NCBI GenBank assembly: GCA_964035545.1
Contig: OZ037772.1
Location: 13,284,986-13,348,985, forward strand
DNA length: 64,000 bases
Source of the DNA: Bugula neritina
Taxonomy: Eukaryota > Animalia > Bryozoa
Reading direction: 5' to 3'
The position numbers and the translations under genes were made by a program. Under the pieces are notes generated by a model. That model did not search any database and was not told the origin of the DNA. It saw only the letters and a program-made list of their open reading frames with translations. Numbering within the stretch: position 1 is the first letter of the stretch; the number at the start of each line of letters is the position of its first letter. Positions 50,611 to 63,200 of this stretch are shown one piece after another.

Positions 50611-51524
50611 ATTAGCCCAAGCTAACACCCAAATGCTAGTCATTCAAAATTGGAATATTCAGCAGATTGGGGTAAAATAATATAATTATGACATAGAAGT
50701 AAACATCAACCACCACATGTATGTATAATCAGGTTAAGTTAAAGCACACATAAAACATCCAAGTCATATCGACTTACAGAGAAGTAAATTATTATATCGG
50801 TTTAGCTTCAGTGCAACTTTTATTTGTAATTCTTGAAAATACAACTTGATGAAAAGTTTGAAACTGTTTATAACTTGTTGAATTATGATTAAATGCAAAT
50901 TTGTGAACAATTCTATACATAAGTAATTTCATCAAGGAGACATGTTATACTTAATAAGTATTACCTCCATATATAGCTCTTACAGCTGACACATGCCAAG
51001 AATAATCTAGAATGAATTTGTCCAACTTTACACCCAATCGGTTGGTTGTCTAATAGCTGACCATGTGACCATCACACCAGTTACTGTAATAATAAAGTAG
51101 TCTATAATTATGTGGTGTTGCATATGATGAAAAACAATGAAATAAACATAAAATTCTAAATACAGCTCATTTATTACAACAGCAGTAGAAAAAAAAAAAT
51201 GGGAAATGGAAAAATACAAAACAATCATATTTAATGTTGAAGATTAATCATTACTCAAATAAGTAGAAGAGTGTCATCATGCTTAATTAAGTTAAAATAT
51301 GATTTGTTGAAAGAGCCATAACCAGATAAATAATAAAGCTAGCAAATATACCTAATTGTTACCAGCAAGCTAAACATAGTTACCAAGTGAGAACAAAATA
51401 CTTCCCTAGTCTGGAGGCTGCTGAGTCACAATAAACTGATCAAACTATTCTTACTGACAGAGCAGACAATTTGAAAGTGTGAGCCGTTGAATATCCTAAA
51501 GAAAACAACTACCTCATCATATTC

Positions 51525-51780
51525 CAAGAAACTGAGAGAAGACAATTACATAATGGAACTTTAAGAAAACAGGAGAAGACAACTACATTACGAGAGTTCA
51601 GGAAAACAAAAGATGACAACTTCGCAATGGAACTTTAAGAAAACAAGAGAAGACAACTACATAATGGAACTTTAGGAAAACAGGAGAAGACAACTAAATT
51701 ATGAGAGTTCAGGAAAACAAAAGAAGACAACTTCGTAATGGAACTTCAAAAAAACAAGAGAAGACAACTACATTAAGAGC
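51525..51780. repeat. 37 bp tandem repeat with a 111 bp higher-order period
   Basis: GAAGACAAC core in each unit; AGGAGAAGACAACTA recurs at 51571 and 51682. Confidence 0.8.
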
Positions 51781-52949
51781 AAGCAGCAAGCTGAACAAAT
51801 TTCCATTACCAGAGTTAGCTGATAATAAAATTATAACATCACGTGAAATAGCATGGCACATTATTGATTATTAAAAAACACACAATAGAATAGATATGTA
51901 ACTATACAGGTATGTAGATGATTTTTAGAAAATACTGCAAGTTTCCTCCACAAGTAACTACAATATTCAAAAAGTGAATCAGAAATTTAAACAGATGGAA
52001 AATTTGGAATGTTTTACAATATTAGATAATATGTGATATGGGGTTTGGGGTTTGAACTGAAAAACTAAAAATACTGAGAAGAAACAAACAACAGTTTTTA
52101 CACAAATCTGAGAAACCGTGAACAAACAGAAATGGCAAAAGTGAAGCAGAGTGAAGTGAAAACAACAGTCATAAAAGCATTCTACTGCCTGCATGTGTTA
52201 CTAATCTGAATTCAGCAGAGGAAGTGTTATATTAGGATCATTATTGACTTTGTACACACTATTCATCTAAATACAGTAGATTACAAGAAGCAGGCCATAA
52301 TGGTGAAACTGATTGCCTCGAAATATTGAGTAGTGATTTAAAAAAATCAACTTTGGCAAAACCTGAGCATGATCATGGTGTTTAAACGGTATGGAAATAC
52401 TTAATAGGGAATGAGGGAAAAATTGTCAAAACTCAAAATGAGTGAATCATAATACATACAAATTAAATGACTTTGAACTGAAAATGAGTTCAAACTGACT
52501 AACTTAAATGAATGAAAAATAGGAACAAATTACCATTCTAATATTACATAAACTCGAGTATGAAAATACAAAACATATTATATTTTTATACTACTATTAC
52601 CTATTTGTCATTAGCATAAAAACAAACACAACTAATGGAGTAAAATTTTTACTCTATTCATAATATCAATTTGAACGATGAATATAAATTTTCGTAGTCA
52701 TATACTGATGGTAACAAAGTAGAATAGTAGTGATTATAATGATGAATATCAATATGCATAAAACCCAATTTCCAAGAGACTAGAACAAGTGCTAAAACTA
52801 GACGGACGAAACACAAATAAAGACACTGAACTTGAAATAACATCTCATTACAATTATGACTAATGGTCATAGACATGCTTATAAGTTACCAGTAGAGGTT
52901 TGAGTTGTGGGAAAATAAAATAAAACGGGAGCCTGGAAGAGAATGAAAA

Positions 52950-53340
52950 TGAGAATAATAATCAATATCATAATTTGAAATATTATCATAATCATTAGGC
53001 ATTGCAGTTATGATTATAATTATTATAACAATAGTTGACATTATGATTATGATTATAATCATCATCGACTTTTGTTGCCTATGGTTATCAATATCATATT
53101 GATATTTATTCTGATAATAAAAACAAAAATGACAACTAATACTATAACTATTATTATTACTCTTACTGGTACTGTTAGTGTTAGTGCAAGTATTTGTGTT
53201 AGTAATACTAATAGTAATACTAATAAGCTACTAAAACTACTAAAAATAGTCAAGTGAGCTACTATTACTCTATAGTCTATTGGCATTACTTAAATCATTA
53301 GCCTTAGTGTTACTATTACTAACATAATCTTAATGATGAC
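52950..53340. repeat. Degenerate trinucleotide (ATT/ACT/AAT) low-complexity tract
   Basis: Visible 3-nt periodicity. Confidence 0.6.
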
Positions 53341-53489
53341 GTTTGACATAAAATGAAAACGATTACAATTAAATGCAAGGAGCCACGACTTGAAATTTAA
53401 TTGAATTAGCAGTCGATACAGATACCGCGACAGGGTTAAGGATTCTCTAAACAGAACTTGCAGAAGACATCAATGTAGGTTCAGCCGAG

Positions 53490-53625
53490 TGAATGATGAA
53501 TGGCGATCCAATTAGAACCACGATTGAATACGTGCTTGTTACGTCATGTATCGTGACGCATGACTGGCCGTGCACGGCTTCAATATCCATGGACTGTGAA
53601 TAACAGCTTTCTATTGGTTGAACAA
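53490..53625. promoter_or_regulatory. Telomere-adjacent promoter-like CpG-rich patch
   Basis: CCAAT at 53508, TTACGTCA at 53539, TGACGCA at 53554, palindrome GCCGTGCACGGC at 53567-53578, ATTGG at 53613. Confidence 0.45.
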
Positions 53626-54214
53626 ATAATAAAAAATGACAACAGACTCAAGAGAGTGCGGGCTATAGATTAAGTGTATATATTAGAATAATTCGTTGAT
53701 CAGCAACGGAAAAGAATGGGTGAAGCACCAGGTTTAAAAACCATAGCCTTAAAAAGCAAAAAAAGTATATAAACCATAAGGCCAATATAGTTTGAAATAG
53801 TACAAGTTTCATTCAATTTAAAAAGAGGGTAACTCAAATATGCTGAAGAGTGACTGTGAGAAATGATAGAGAGGTAGTGTTGTGTAGAAAACTACCAATT
53901 GAAAGTTATGTGGTTGGTATGTTAACTTCGAGGAAATATGCTAAATTAATTACTGACCAAACGAATGCAGCATTATGTATCTGATCACGAGTTTGGCAAA
54001 CTGTCCATATGAAAGCTAAGAGTTGCTGAGTAAGCTCAGGGTAGCAAAGGGTAAGAAAACTAGCCAAAAGAGGACAACATTGAAGTGGAGTTCCACTGAT
54101 TTAATCTATAAGTTCGGATGTCATGAACAATTGATAGTTGAGTGTGTTTGGTGGTCTCGCTAATTGTATGATTATGAAAATTAGTGGTTTGTGAAGGTTT
54201 TAGAATTATGAAAC

Positions 54215-57200
54215 TTGGGGTTTAAGGTTTGGGGTTTGGGGTTTGGGGTTTGGGGTTTGGGGTTTGGGGTTTGGGGTTTGGGGTTTGGGGTTTGGGGTTT
54301 GGGGTTTGGGGTTTGGGGTTTGGGGTTTGGGGTTTGGGGTTTGGGGTTTGGGGTTTGGGGTTTGGGGTTTGGGGTTTGGGGTTTGGGGTTTGGGGTTTGG
54401 GGTTTGGGGTTTGGGGTTTGGGGTTTGGGGTTTGGGGTTTGGGGTTTGGGGTTTGGGGTTTGGGGTTTGGGGTTTGGGGTTTGGGGTTTGGGGTTTGGGG
54501 TTTGGGGTTTGGGGTTTGGGGTTTGGGGTTTGGGGTTTGGGGTTTGGGGTTTGGGGTTTGGGGTTTGGGGTTTGGGGTTTGGGGTTTGGGGTTTGGGGTT
54601 TGGGGTTTGGGGTTTGGGGTTTGGGGTTTGGGGTTTGGGGTTTGGGGTTTGGGGTTTGGGGTTTGGGGTTTGGGGTTTGGGGTTTGGGGTTTGGGGTTTG
54701 GGGTTTGGGGTTTGGGGTTTGGGGTTTGGGGTTTGGGGTTTGGGGTTTGGGGTTTGGGGTTTGGGGTTTGGGGTTTGGGGTTTGGGGTTTGGGGTTTGGG
54801 GTTTGGGGTTTGGGGTTTGGGGTTTGGGGTTTGGGGTTTGGGGTTTGGGGTTTGGGGTTTGGGGTTTGGGGTTTGGGGTTTGGGGTTTGGGGTTTGGGGT
54901 TTGGGGTTTGGGGTTTGGGGTTTGGGGTTTGGGGTTTGGGGTTTGGGGTTTGGGGTTTGGGGTTTGGGGTTTGGGGTTTGGGGTTTGGGGTTTGGGGTTT
55001 GGGGTTTGGGGTTTGGGGTTTGGGGTTTGGGGTTTGGGGTTTGGGGTTTGGGGTTTGGGGTTTGGGGTTTGGGGTTTGGGGTTTGGGGTTTGGGGTTTGG
55101 GGTTTGGGGTTTGGGGTTTGGGGTTTGGGGTTTGGGGTTTGGGGTTTGGGGTTTGGGGTTTGGGGTTTGGGGTTTGGGGTTTGGGGTTTGGGGTTTGGGG
55201 TTTGGGGTTTGGGGTTTGGGGTTTGGGGTTTGGGGTTTGGGGTTTGGGGTTTGGGGTTTGGGGTTTGGGGTTTGGGGTTTGGGGTTTGGGGTTTGGGGTT
55301 TGGGGTTTGGGGTTTGGGGTTTGGGGTTTGGGGTTTGGGGTTTGGGGTTTGGGGTTTGGGGTTTGGGGTTTGGGGTTTGGGGTTTGGGGTTTGGGGTTTG
55401 GGGTTTGGGGTTTGGGGTTTGGGGTTTGGGGTTTGGGGTTTGGGGTTTGGGGTTTGGGGTTTGGGGTTTGGGGTTTGGGGTTTGGGGTTTGGGGTTTGGG
55501 GTTTGGGGTTTGGGGTTTGGGGTTTGGGGTTTGGGGTTTGGGGTTTGGGGTTTGGGGTTTGGGGTTTGGGGTTTGGGGTTTGGGGTTTGGGGTTTGGGGT
55601 TTGGGGTTTGGGGTTTGGGGTTTGGGGTTTGGGGTTTGGGGTTTGGGGTTTGGGGTTTGGGGTTTGGGGTTTGGGGTTTGGGGTTTGGGGTTTGGGGTTT
55701 GGGGTTTGGGGTTTGGGGTTTGGGGTTTGGGGTTTGGGGTTTGGGGTTTGGGGTTTGGGGTTTGGGGTTTGGGGTTTGGGGTTTGGGGTTTGGGGTTTGG
55801 GGTTTGGGGTTTGGGGTTTGGGGTTTGGGGTTTGGGGTTTGGGGTTTGGGGTTTGGGGTTTGGGGTTTGGGGTTTGGGGTTTGGGGTTTGGGGTTTGGGG
55901 TTTGGGGTTTGGGGTTTGGGGTTTGGGGTTTGGGGTTTGGGGTTTGGGGTTTGGGGTTTGGGGTTTGGGGTTTGGGGTTTGGGGTTTGGGGTTTGGGGTT
56001 TGGGGTTTGGGGTTTGGGGTTTGGGGTTTGGGGTTTGGGGTTTGGGGTTTGGGGTTTGGGGTTTGGGGTTTGGGGTTTGGGGTTTGGGGTTTGGGGTTTG
56101 GGGTTTGGGGTTTGGGGTTTGGGGTTTGGGGTTTGGGGTTTGGGGTTTGGGGTTTGGGGTTTGGGGTTTGGGGTTTGGGGTTTGGGGTTTGGGGTTTGGG
56201 GTTTGGGGTTTGGGGTTTGGGGTTTGGGGTTTGGGGTTTGGGGTTTGGGGTTTGGGGTTTGGGGTTTGGGGTTTGGGGTTTGGGGTTTGGGGTTTGGGGT
56301 TTGGGGTTTGGGGTTTGGGGTTTGGGGTTTGGGGTTTGGGGTTTGGGGTTTGGGGTTTGGGGTTTGGGGTTTGGGGTTTGGGGTTTGGGGTTTGGGGTTT
56401 GGGGTTTGGGGTTTGGGGTTTGGGGTTTGGGGTTTGGGGTTTGGGGTTTGGGGTTTGGGGTTTGGGGTTTGGGGTTTGGGGTTTGGGGTTTGGGGTTTGG
56501 GGTTTGGGGTTTGGGGTTTGGGGTTTGGGGTTTGGGGTTTGGGGTTTGGGGTTTGGGGTTTGGGGTTTGGGGTTGGGGTTTGGGGTTTGGGGTTTGGGGT
56601 TTGGGGTTTGGGGTTTGGGGTTTGGGGTTTGGGGTTTGGGGTTTGGGGTTTGGGGTTTGGGGTTTGGGGTTTGGGGTTTGGGGTTTGGGGTTTGGGGTTT
56701 GGGGTTTGGGGTTTGGGGTTTGGGGTTTGGGGTTTGGGGTTTGGGGTTTGGGGTTTGGGGTTTGGGGTTTGGGGTTTGGGGTTTGGGGTTTGGGGTTTGG
56801 GGTTTGGGGTTTGGGGTTTGGGGTTTGGGGTTTGGGGTTTGGGGTTTGGGGTTTGGGGTTTGGGGTTTGGGGTTTGGGGTTTGGGGTTTGGGGTTTGGGG
56901 TTTGGGGTTTGGGGTTTGGGGTTTGGGGTTTGGGGTTTGGGGTTTGGGGTTTGGGGTTTGGGGTTTGGGGTTTGGGGTTTGGGGTTTGGGGTTTGGGGTT
57001 TGGGGGGTTGGGGTTTGGGGTTTGGGGTTTGGGGTTTGGGGTTTGGGGTTTGGGGTTTGGGGTTTGGGGTTTGGGGTTTGGGGTTTGGGGTTTGGGGTTG
57101 GGGTTTGGGGTTTGGGGTTTGGGGTTTGGGGTTTGGGGTTTGGGGTTTGGGGTTTGGGGTTGGGGTTTGGGGTTTGGGGTTTGGGGTTTGGGGTTTGGGG

Positions 57201-60200
57201 TTTGGGGTTTGGGGTTTGGGGTTTGGGGTTTGGGGTTTGGGGTTTGGGGTTTGGGGTTTGGGGTTTGGGGTTTGGGGTTTGGGGTTTGGGGTTTGGGGTT
57301 TGGGGTTTGGGGTTTGGGGTTTGGGGTTGGGGTTTGGGGTTTGGGGTTTGGGGTTTGGGGTTTGGGGTTTGGGGTTTGGGGTTTGGGGTTTGGGGTTTGG
57401 GGTTTGGGGTTTGGGGTTTGGGGTTTGGGTTTGGGGTTTGGGGTTTGGGGTTTGGGGTTTGGGGTTTGGGGTTTGGGGTTTGGGGTTTGGGGTTTGGGGT
57501 TTGGGGTTTGGGGTTTGGGGTTTGGGGTTTGGGGTTTGGGGTTTGGGGTTTGGGGTTTGGGGTTTGGGGTTTGGGGTTTGGGGTTTGGGGTTTGGGGTTT
57601 GGGGTTTGGGGTTTGGGGTTTGGGGTTTGGGGTTTGGGGTTTGGGGTTTGGGGTTTGGGGTTTGGGGTTTGGGGTTGGGGTTTGGGGTTTGGGGTTTGGG
57701 GTTTGGGGTTTGGGGTTTGGGGTTGGGGTTGGGGTTTGGGGTTTGGGGTTTGGGGTTTGGGGTTGGGGTTGGGGTTTGGGGTTTGGGGTTTGGGGTTTGG
57801 GGTTTGGGGTTGGGGTTTGGGGTTTGGGGTTTGGGGTTTGGGGTTGGGGTTTGGGGTTTGGGGTTTGGGGTTTGGGGTTTGGGGTTTGGGGTTTGGGGTT
57901 TGGGGTTTGGGGTTTGGGGTTGGGGTTTGGGGTTTGGGGTTTGGGGTTTGGGTTTGGGGTTTGGGGTTTGGGGTTTGGGGTTTGGGGTTTGGGGTTTGGG
58001 GTTTGGGGTTTGGGGTTTGGGGTTGGGGTTTGGGGTTTGGGGTTTGGGGTTTGGGGTTTGGGGTTTGGGGTTTGGGGTTTGGGGTTGGGGTTTGGGGTTT
58101 GGGGTTTGGGGTTTGGGGTTTGGGGTTTGGGGTTGGGGTTTGGGGTTTGGGGTTTGGGGTTTGGGGTTTGGGGTTTGGGGTTTGGGGTTTGGGGTTTGGG
58201 GTTTGGGGTTTGGGGTTTGGGGTTTGGGGTTGGGGTTTGGGGTTTGGGGTTTGGGGTTTGGGGTTTGGGGTTGGGGTTTGGGGTTTGGGGTTTGGGGTTT
58301 GGGGTTTGGGGTTTGGGGTTTGGGGTTTGGGGTTTGGGGTTTGGGGTTTGGGGTTTGGGGTTTGGGGTTTGGGGTTTGGGGTTTGGGGTTTGGGGTTTGG
58401 GGTTTGGGGTTTGGGGTTGGGGGTTTGGGGTTTGGGGTTTGGGGTTTGGGGTTTGGGGTTTGGGGTTTGGGGTTTGGGGTTTGGGGTTTGGGGTTTGGGG
58501 TTTGGGGTTTGGGGTTTGGGGTTGGGGTTTGGGGTTTGGGGTTTGGGGTTTGGGGTTTGGGGTTTGGGGTTTGGGGTTTGGGGTTTGGGGTTTGGGGTTT
58601 GGGGTTTGGGGTTTGGGGTTTGGGGTTTGGGGTTTGGGGTTTGGGGTTTGGGGTTTGGGGTTTGGGGTTTGGGGTTTGGGGTTTGGGGTTTGGGGTTTGG
58701 GGTTTGGGGTTTGGGGTTTGGGGTTTGGGGTTTGGGGTTTGGGGTTTGGGGTTTGGGGTTTGGGGTTTGGGGTTGGGGTTTGGGGTTTGGGGTTTGGGGT
58801 TTGGGGTTTGGGGTTTGGGGTTTGGGGTTTGGGGTTTGGGGTTTGGGGTTTGGGGTTTGGGGTTTGGGGTTTGGGGTTTGGGGTTTGGGGTTTGGGGTTT
58901 GGGGTTTGGGGTTTGGGGTTTGGGGTTTGGGGTTTGGGGTTTGGGGTTTGGGGTTTGGGGTTTGGGGTTTGGGGTTTGGGGTTTGGGGTTTGGGGTTTGG
59001 GGTTTGGGGTTTGGGGTTTGGGGTTTGGGGTTTGGGGTTTGGGGTTTGGGGTTTGGGGTTTGGGGTTTGGGGTTTGGGGTTTGGGGTTTGGGGTTTGGGG
59101 TTTGGGGTTTGGGGTTTGGGGTTTGGGGTTGGGGTTTGGGGTTTGGGGTTTGGGGTTTGGGGTTTGGGGTTTGGGGTTTGGGGTTTGGGGTTTGGGGTTT
59201 GGGGTTTGGGGTTGGGGTTTGGGGTTTGGGGTTTGGGGTTTGGGGTTTGGGGTTTGGGGTTTGGGGTTTGGGGTTTGGGGTTTGGGGTTTGGGGTTTGGG
59301 GTTTGGGGTTTGGGGTTTGGGGTTTGGGGTTTGGGGTTTGGGGTTTGGGGTTTGGGGTTTGGGGTTTGGGGTTTGGGGTTTGGGGTTTGGGGTTGGGGTT
59401 TGGGGTTTGGGGTTTGGGGTTTGGGGTTTGGGGTTTGGGGTTTGGGTTTGGGGTTTGGGGTTTGGGGTTTGGGGTTTGGGGTTTGGGGTTTGGGGTTTGG
59501 GGTTTGGGGTTTGGGGTTTGGGGTTTGGGGTTTGGGGTTTGGGGTTGGGGTTTGGGGTTTGGGGTTTGGGGTTTGGGGTTTGGGGTTTGGGGTTTGGGGT
59601 TTGGGGTTTGGGGTTTGGGGTTTGGGGTTTGGGGTTTGGGGTTTGGGGTTTGGGGTTTGGGGTTTGGGGTTTGGGGTTTGGGGTTTGGGGTTTGGGGTTT
59701 GGGGTTTGGGGTTTGGGGTTTGGGGTTTGGGGTTTGGGGTTTGGGGTTTGGGGTTTGGGGTTTGGGGTTTGGGGTTTGGGGTTTGGGGTTTGGGGTTTGG
59801 GGTTTGGGGTTTGGGGTTTGGGGTTTGGGGTTTGGGGTTTGGGGTTTGGGGTTTGGGGTTTGGGGTTTGGGGTTTGGGGTTTGGGGTTTGGGGTTTGGGG
59901 TTTGGGGTTTGGGGTTGGGGTTTGGGGTTTGGGGTTGGGGTTTGGGGTTTGGGGTTTGGGGTTTGGGGTTTGGGGTTTGGGGTTTGGGGTTTGGGGTTTG
60001 GGGTTTGGGGTTTGGGGTTTGGGGTTTGGGGTTTGGGGTTTGGGGTTTGGGGTTTGGGGTTTGGGGTTTGGGGTTTGGGGTTTGGGGTTTGGGGTTTGGG
60101 GTTTGGGGTTTGGGGTTTGGGGTTTGGGGTTTGGGGTTTGGGGTTTGGGTTTGGGGTTTGGGGTTTGGGGTTTGGGGTTTGGGGTTTGGGGTTTGGGGTT

Positions 60201-63200
60201 TGGGGTTTGGGGTTTGGGGTTTGGGGTTTGGGGTTTGGGGTTTGGGGTTTGGGGTTTGGGGTTTGGGGTTTGGGGTTTGGGGTTTGGGGTTTGGGGTTTG
60301 GGGTTTGGGGTTTGGGGTTTGGGGTTTGGGGTTTGGGGTTTGGGGTTTGGGGTTTGGGGTTTGGGGTTGGGGTTTGGGGTTTGGGGTTTGGGGTTTGGGG
60401 TTTGGGGTTGGGGTTTGGGGTTTGGGGTTTGGGGTTTGGGGTTTGGGGTTGGGGTTTGGGGTTGGGGTTTGGGGTTTGGGGTTGGGGTTTGGGGTTTGGG
60501 GTTTGGGGTTTGGGGTTTGGGTTTGGGGTTTGGGGTTTGGGGTTTGGGGTTTGGGGTTTGGGGTTTGGGGTTTGGGGTTTGGGGTTTGGGGTTTGGGGTT
60601 TGGGGTTTGGGGTTTGGGGTTTGGGGTTTGGGGTTTGGGGTTTGGGGTTTGGGGTTTGGGGTTTGGGGTTTGGGGTTGGGGTTTGGGGTTTGGGGTTTGG
60701 GGTTTGGGGTTTGGGGTTTGGGGTTTGGGGTTGGGGTTTGGGGTTGGGGTTTGGGGTTTGGGGTTTGGGGTTTGGGGTTTGGGGTTTGGGGTTTGGGGTT
60801 TGGGGTTTGGGGTTTGGGGTTTGGGGTTGGGGTTTGGGGTTTGGGGTTTGGGGTTTGGGGTTTGGGGTTTGGGGTTGGGGTTTGGGGTTTGGGGTTTGGG
60901 GTTGGGGTTTGGGGGTTTGGGGTTTGGGGTTTGGGGTTTGGGGTTTGGGGTTTGGGTTTGGGGTTTGGGGTTGGGGGTTTGGGGTTTGGGGTTTGGGGTT
61001 TGGGGGTTGGGGTTTGGGGTTTGGGGTTGGGGTTTGGGGTTTGGGGTTTGGGGTTTGGGGTTTGGGGTTTGGGGTTTGGGGTTTGGGGTTGGGGTTTGGG
61101 TTTGGGGTTTGGGGTTTGGGGTTTGGGGTTTGGGGTTTGGGGTTTGGGGTTTGGGGTTTGGGGTTGGGGGTTTGGGGTTTGGGGTTGGGGTTTGGGGTGG
61201 GGGTTTGGGGGTTGGGGTTTGGGGTTTGGGGTTTGGGGTTTGGGGTTTGGGGTTTGGGGTTTGGGGTTGGGGTTGGGGTTTGGGGTTTGGGGTTTGGGGT
61301 TTGGGGTTTGGGGTTTGGGGTTTGGGGTTTGGGGTTTGGGGTTTGGGGTTTGGGGTTTGGGGTTTGGGGTTTGGGGTTTGGGGTTGGGGTTTGGGGTTTG
61401 GGGTTTGGGGTTTGGGGTTGGGGTTTGGGGTTTGGGGTTTGGGGTTTGGGGTTTGGGGTTTGGGGTTTGGGGTTTGGGGTTTGGGGTTTGGGGTTTGGGG
61501 TTTGGGGTTTGGGGTTTGGGGTTTGGGGTTTGGGGTTTGGGGTTTGGGGTTTGGGGTTTGGGGTTTGGGGTTTGGGGTTTGGGGTTTGGGGTTTGGGGTT
61601 TGGGGTTTGGGGTTTGGGTTTGGGGTTTGGGGTTTGGGGTTTGGGGTTTGGGGTTTGGGGTTTGGGGTTTGGGGTTTGGGTTTGGGGTTTGGGGTTTGGG
61701 GTTTGGGGTTTGGGTTTGGGGTTTGGGGTTTGGGTTTGGGGTTTGGGGTTTGGGGTTTGGGGTTTGGGGTTTGGGGTTTGGGGTTTGGGGTTTGGGGTTT
61801 GGGGTTGGGGTTTGGGGTTTGGGGTTTGGGTTTGGGGTTTGGGGTTTGGGGTTTGGGGTTTGGGGTTTGGGGTTTGGGGTTTGGGGTTTGGGGTTTGGGG
61901 TTTGGGGTTTGGGGTTTGGGGTTTGGGGTTTGGGGTTTGGGGTTTGGGGTTTGGGGTTTGGGGTTTGGGGTTTGGGGTTGGGGTTTGGGGTTTGGGGTTT
62001 GGGGTTTGGGGTTTGGGGTTTGGGGTTTGGGGTTTGGGGTTTGGGGTTTGGGGTTTGGGGTTTGGGGTTTGGGGTTTGGGGTTTGGGGTTTGGGGTTTGG
62101 GGTTTGGGGTTTGGGGTTTGGGGTTTGGGGTTTGGGGTTTGGGGTTTGGGGTTTGGGGTTTGGGGTTTGGGGTTTGGGGTTTGGGGTTTGGGGTTTGGGG
62201 TTTGGGGTTTGGGGTTGGGGTTTGGGGTTTGGGGTTTGGGGTTTGGGGTTTGGGGTTTGGGGTTTGGGGTTTGGGGTTTGGGGTTTGGGGTTTGGGGTTT
62301 GGGGTTTGGGGTTTGGGGTTTGGGGTTTGGGGTTTGGGGTTGGGGTTTGGGGTTTGGGGTTTGGGGTTTGGGGTTTGGGGTTTGGGGTTTGGGGTTTGGG
62401 GTTTGGGGTTGGGGTTTGGGGGTTTGGGGTTTGGGGTTTGGGGTTTGGGGTTGGGGTTTGGGGTTTGGGGTTGGGGTTTGGGGTTTGGGGTTTGGGGTTT
62501 GGGGTTGGGGTTTGGGGTTTGGGGTTTGGGGGTTTGGGGTTTGGGGTTTGGGGTTTGGGGTTTGGGGTTTGGGGTTGGGGTTTGGGGTTTGGGGTTGGGG
62601 TTGGGGTTTGGGGTTTGGGGTTTGGGGTTTGGGGTTTGGGGTTTGGGGTTTGGGGTTTGGGGTTTGGGGTTTGGGGTTTGGGGTTTGGGGTTTGGGGTTT
62701 GGGGTTTGGGGTTTGGGGTTGGGGTTGGGGTTTGGGGTTTGGGGTTTGGGGTTTGGGTTTGGGGTTGGGGTTTGGGGTTTGGGGTTTGGGGTTGGGGTTT
62801 GGGGTTTGGGGTTTGGGGTTTGGGGTTTGGGGTTTGGGGTTTGGGGTTTGGGGTTTGGGGTTTGGGGTTTGGGGTTTGGGGTTTGGGGTTTGGGGTTTGG
62901 GGTTTGGGGTTTGGGGTTTGGGGTTTGGGGTTTGGGGTTTGGGGTTTGGGGTTTGGGGTTTGGGGTTTGGGGTTTGGGGTTTGGGGTTTGGGGTTGGGGT
63001 TTGGGGTGGGTTTGGGGTTTGGGGTTTGGGGTTTGGGGTTTGGGGTTTGGGGTTTGGGGTTTGGGGTTTGGGGTTTGGGGTTTGGGGTTGGGGTTGGGGG
63101 TTTGGGGTTTGGGGGTTTGGGGTTTGGGGTTTGGGGTTTGGGGTTTGGGGTTTGGGGTTTGGGGTTTGGGGTTTGGGGTTTGGGGTTTGGGGTTTGGGGT

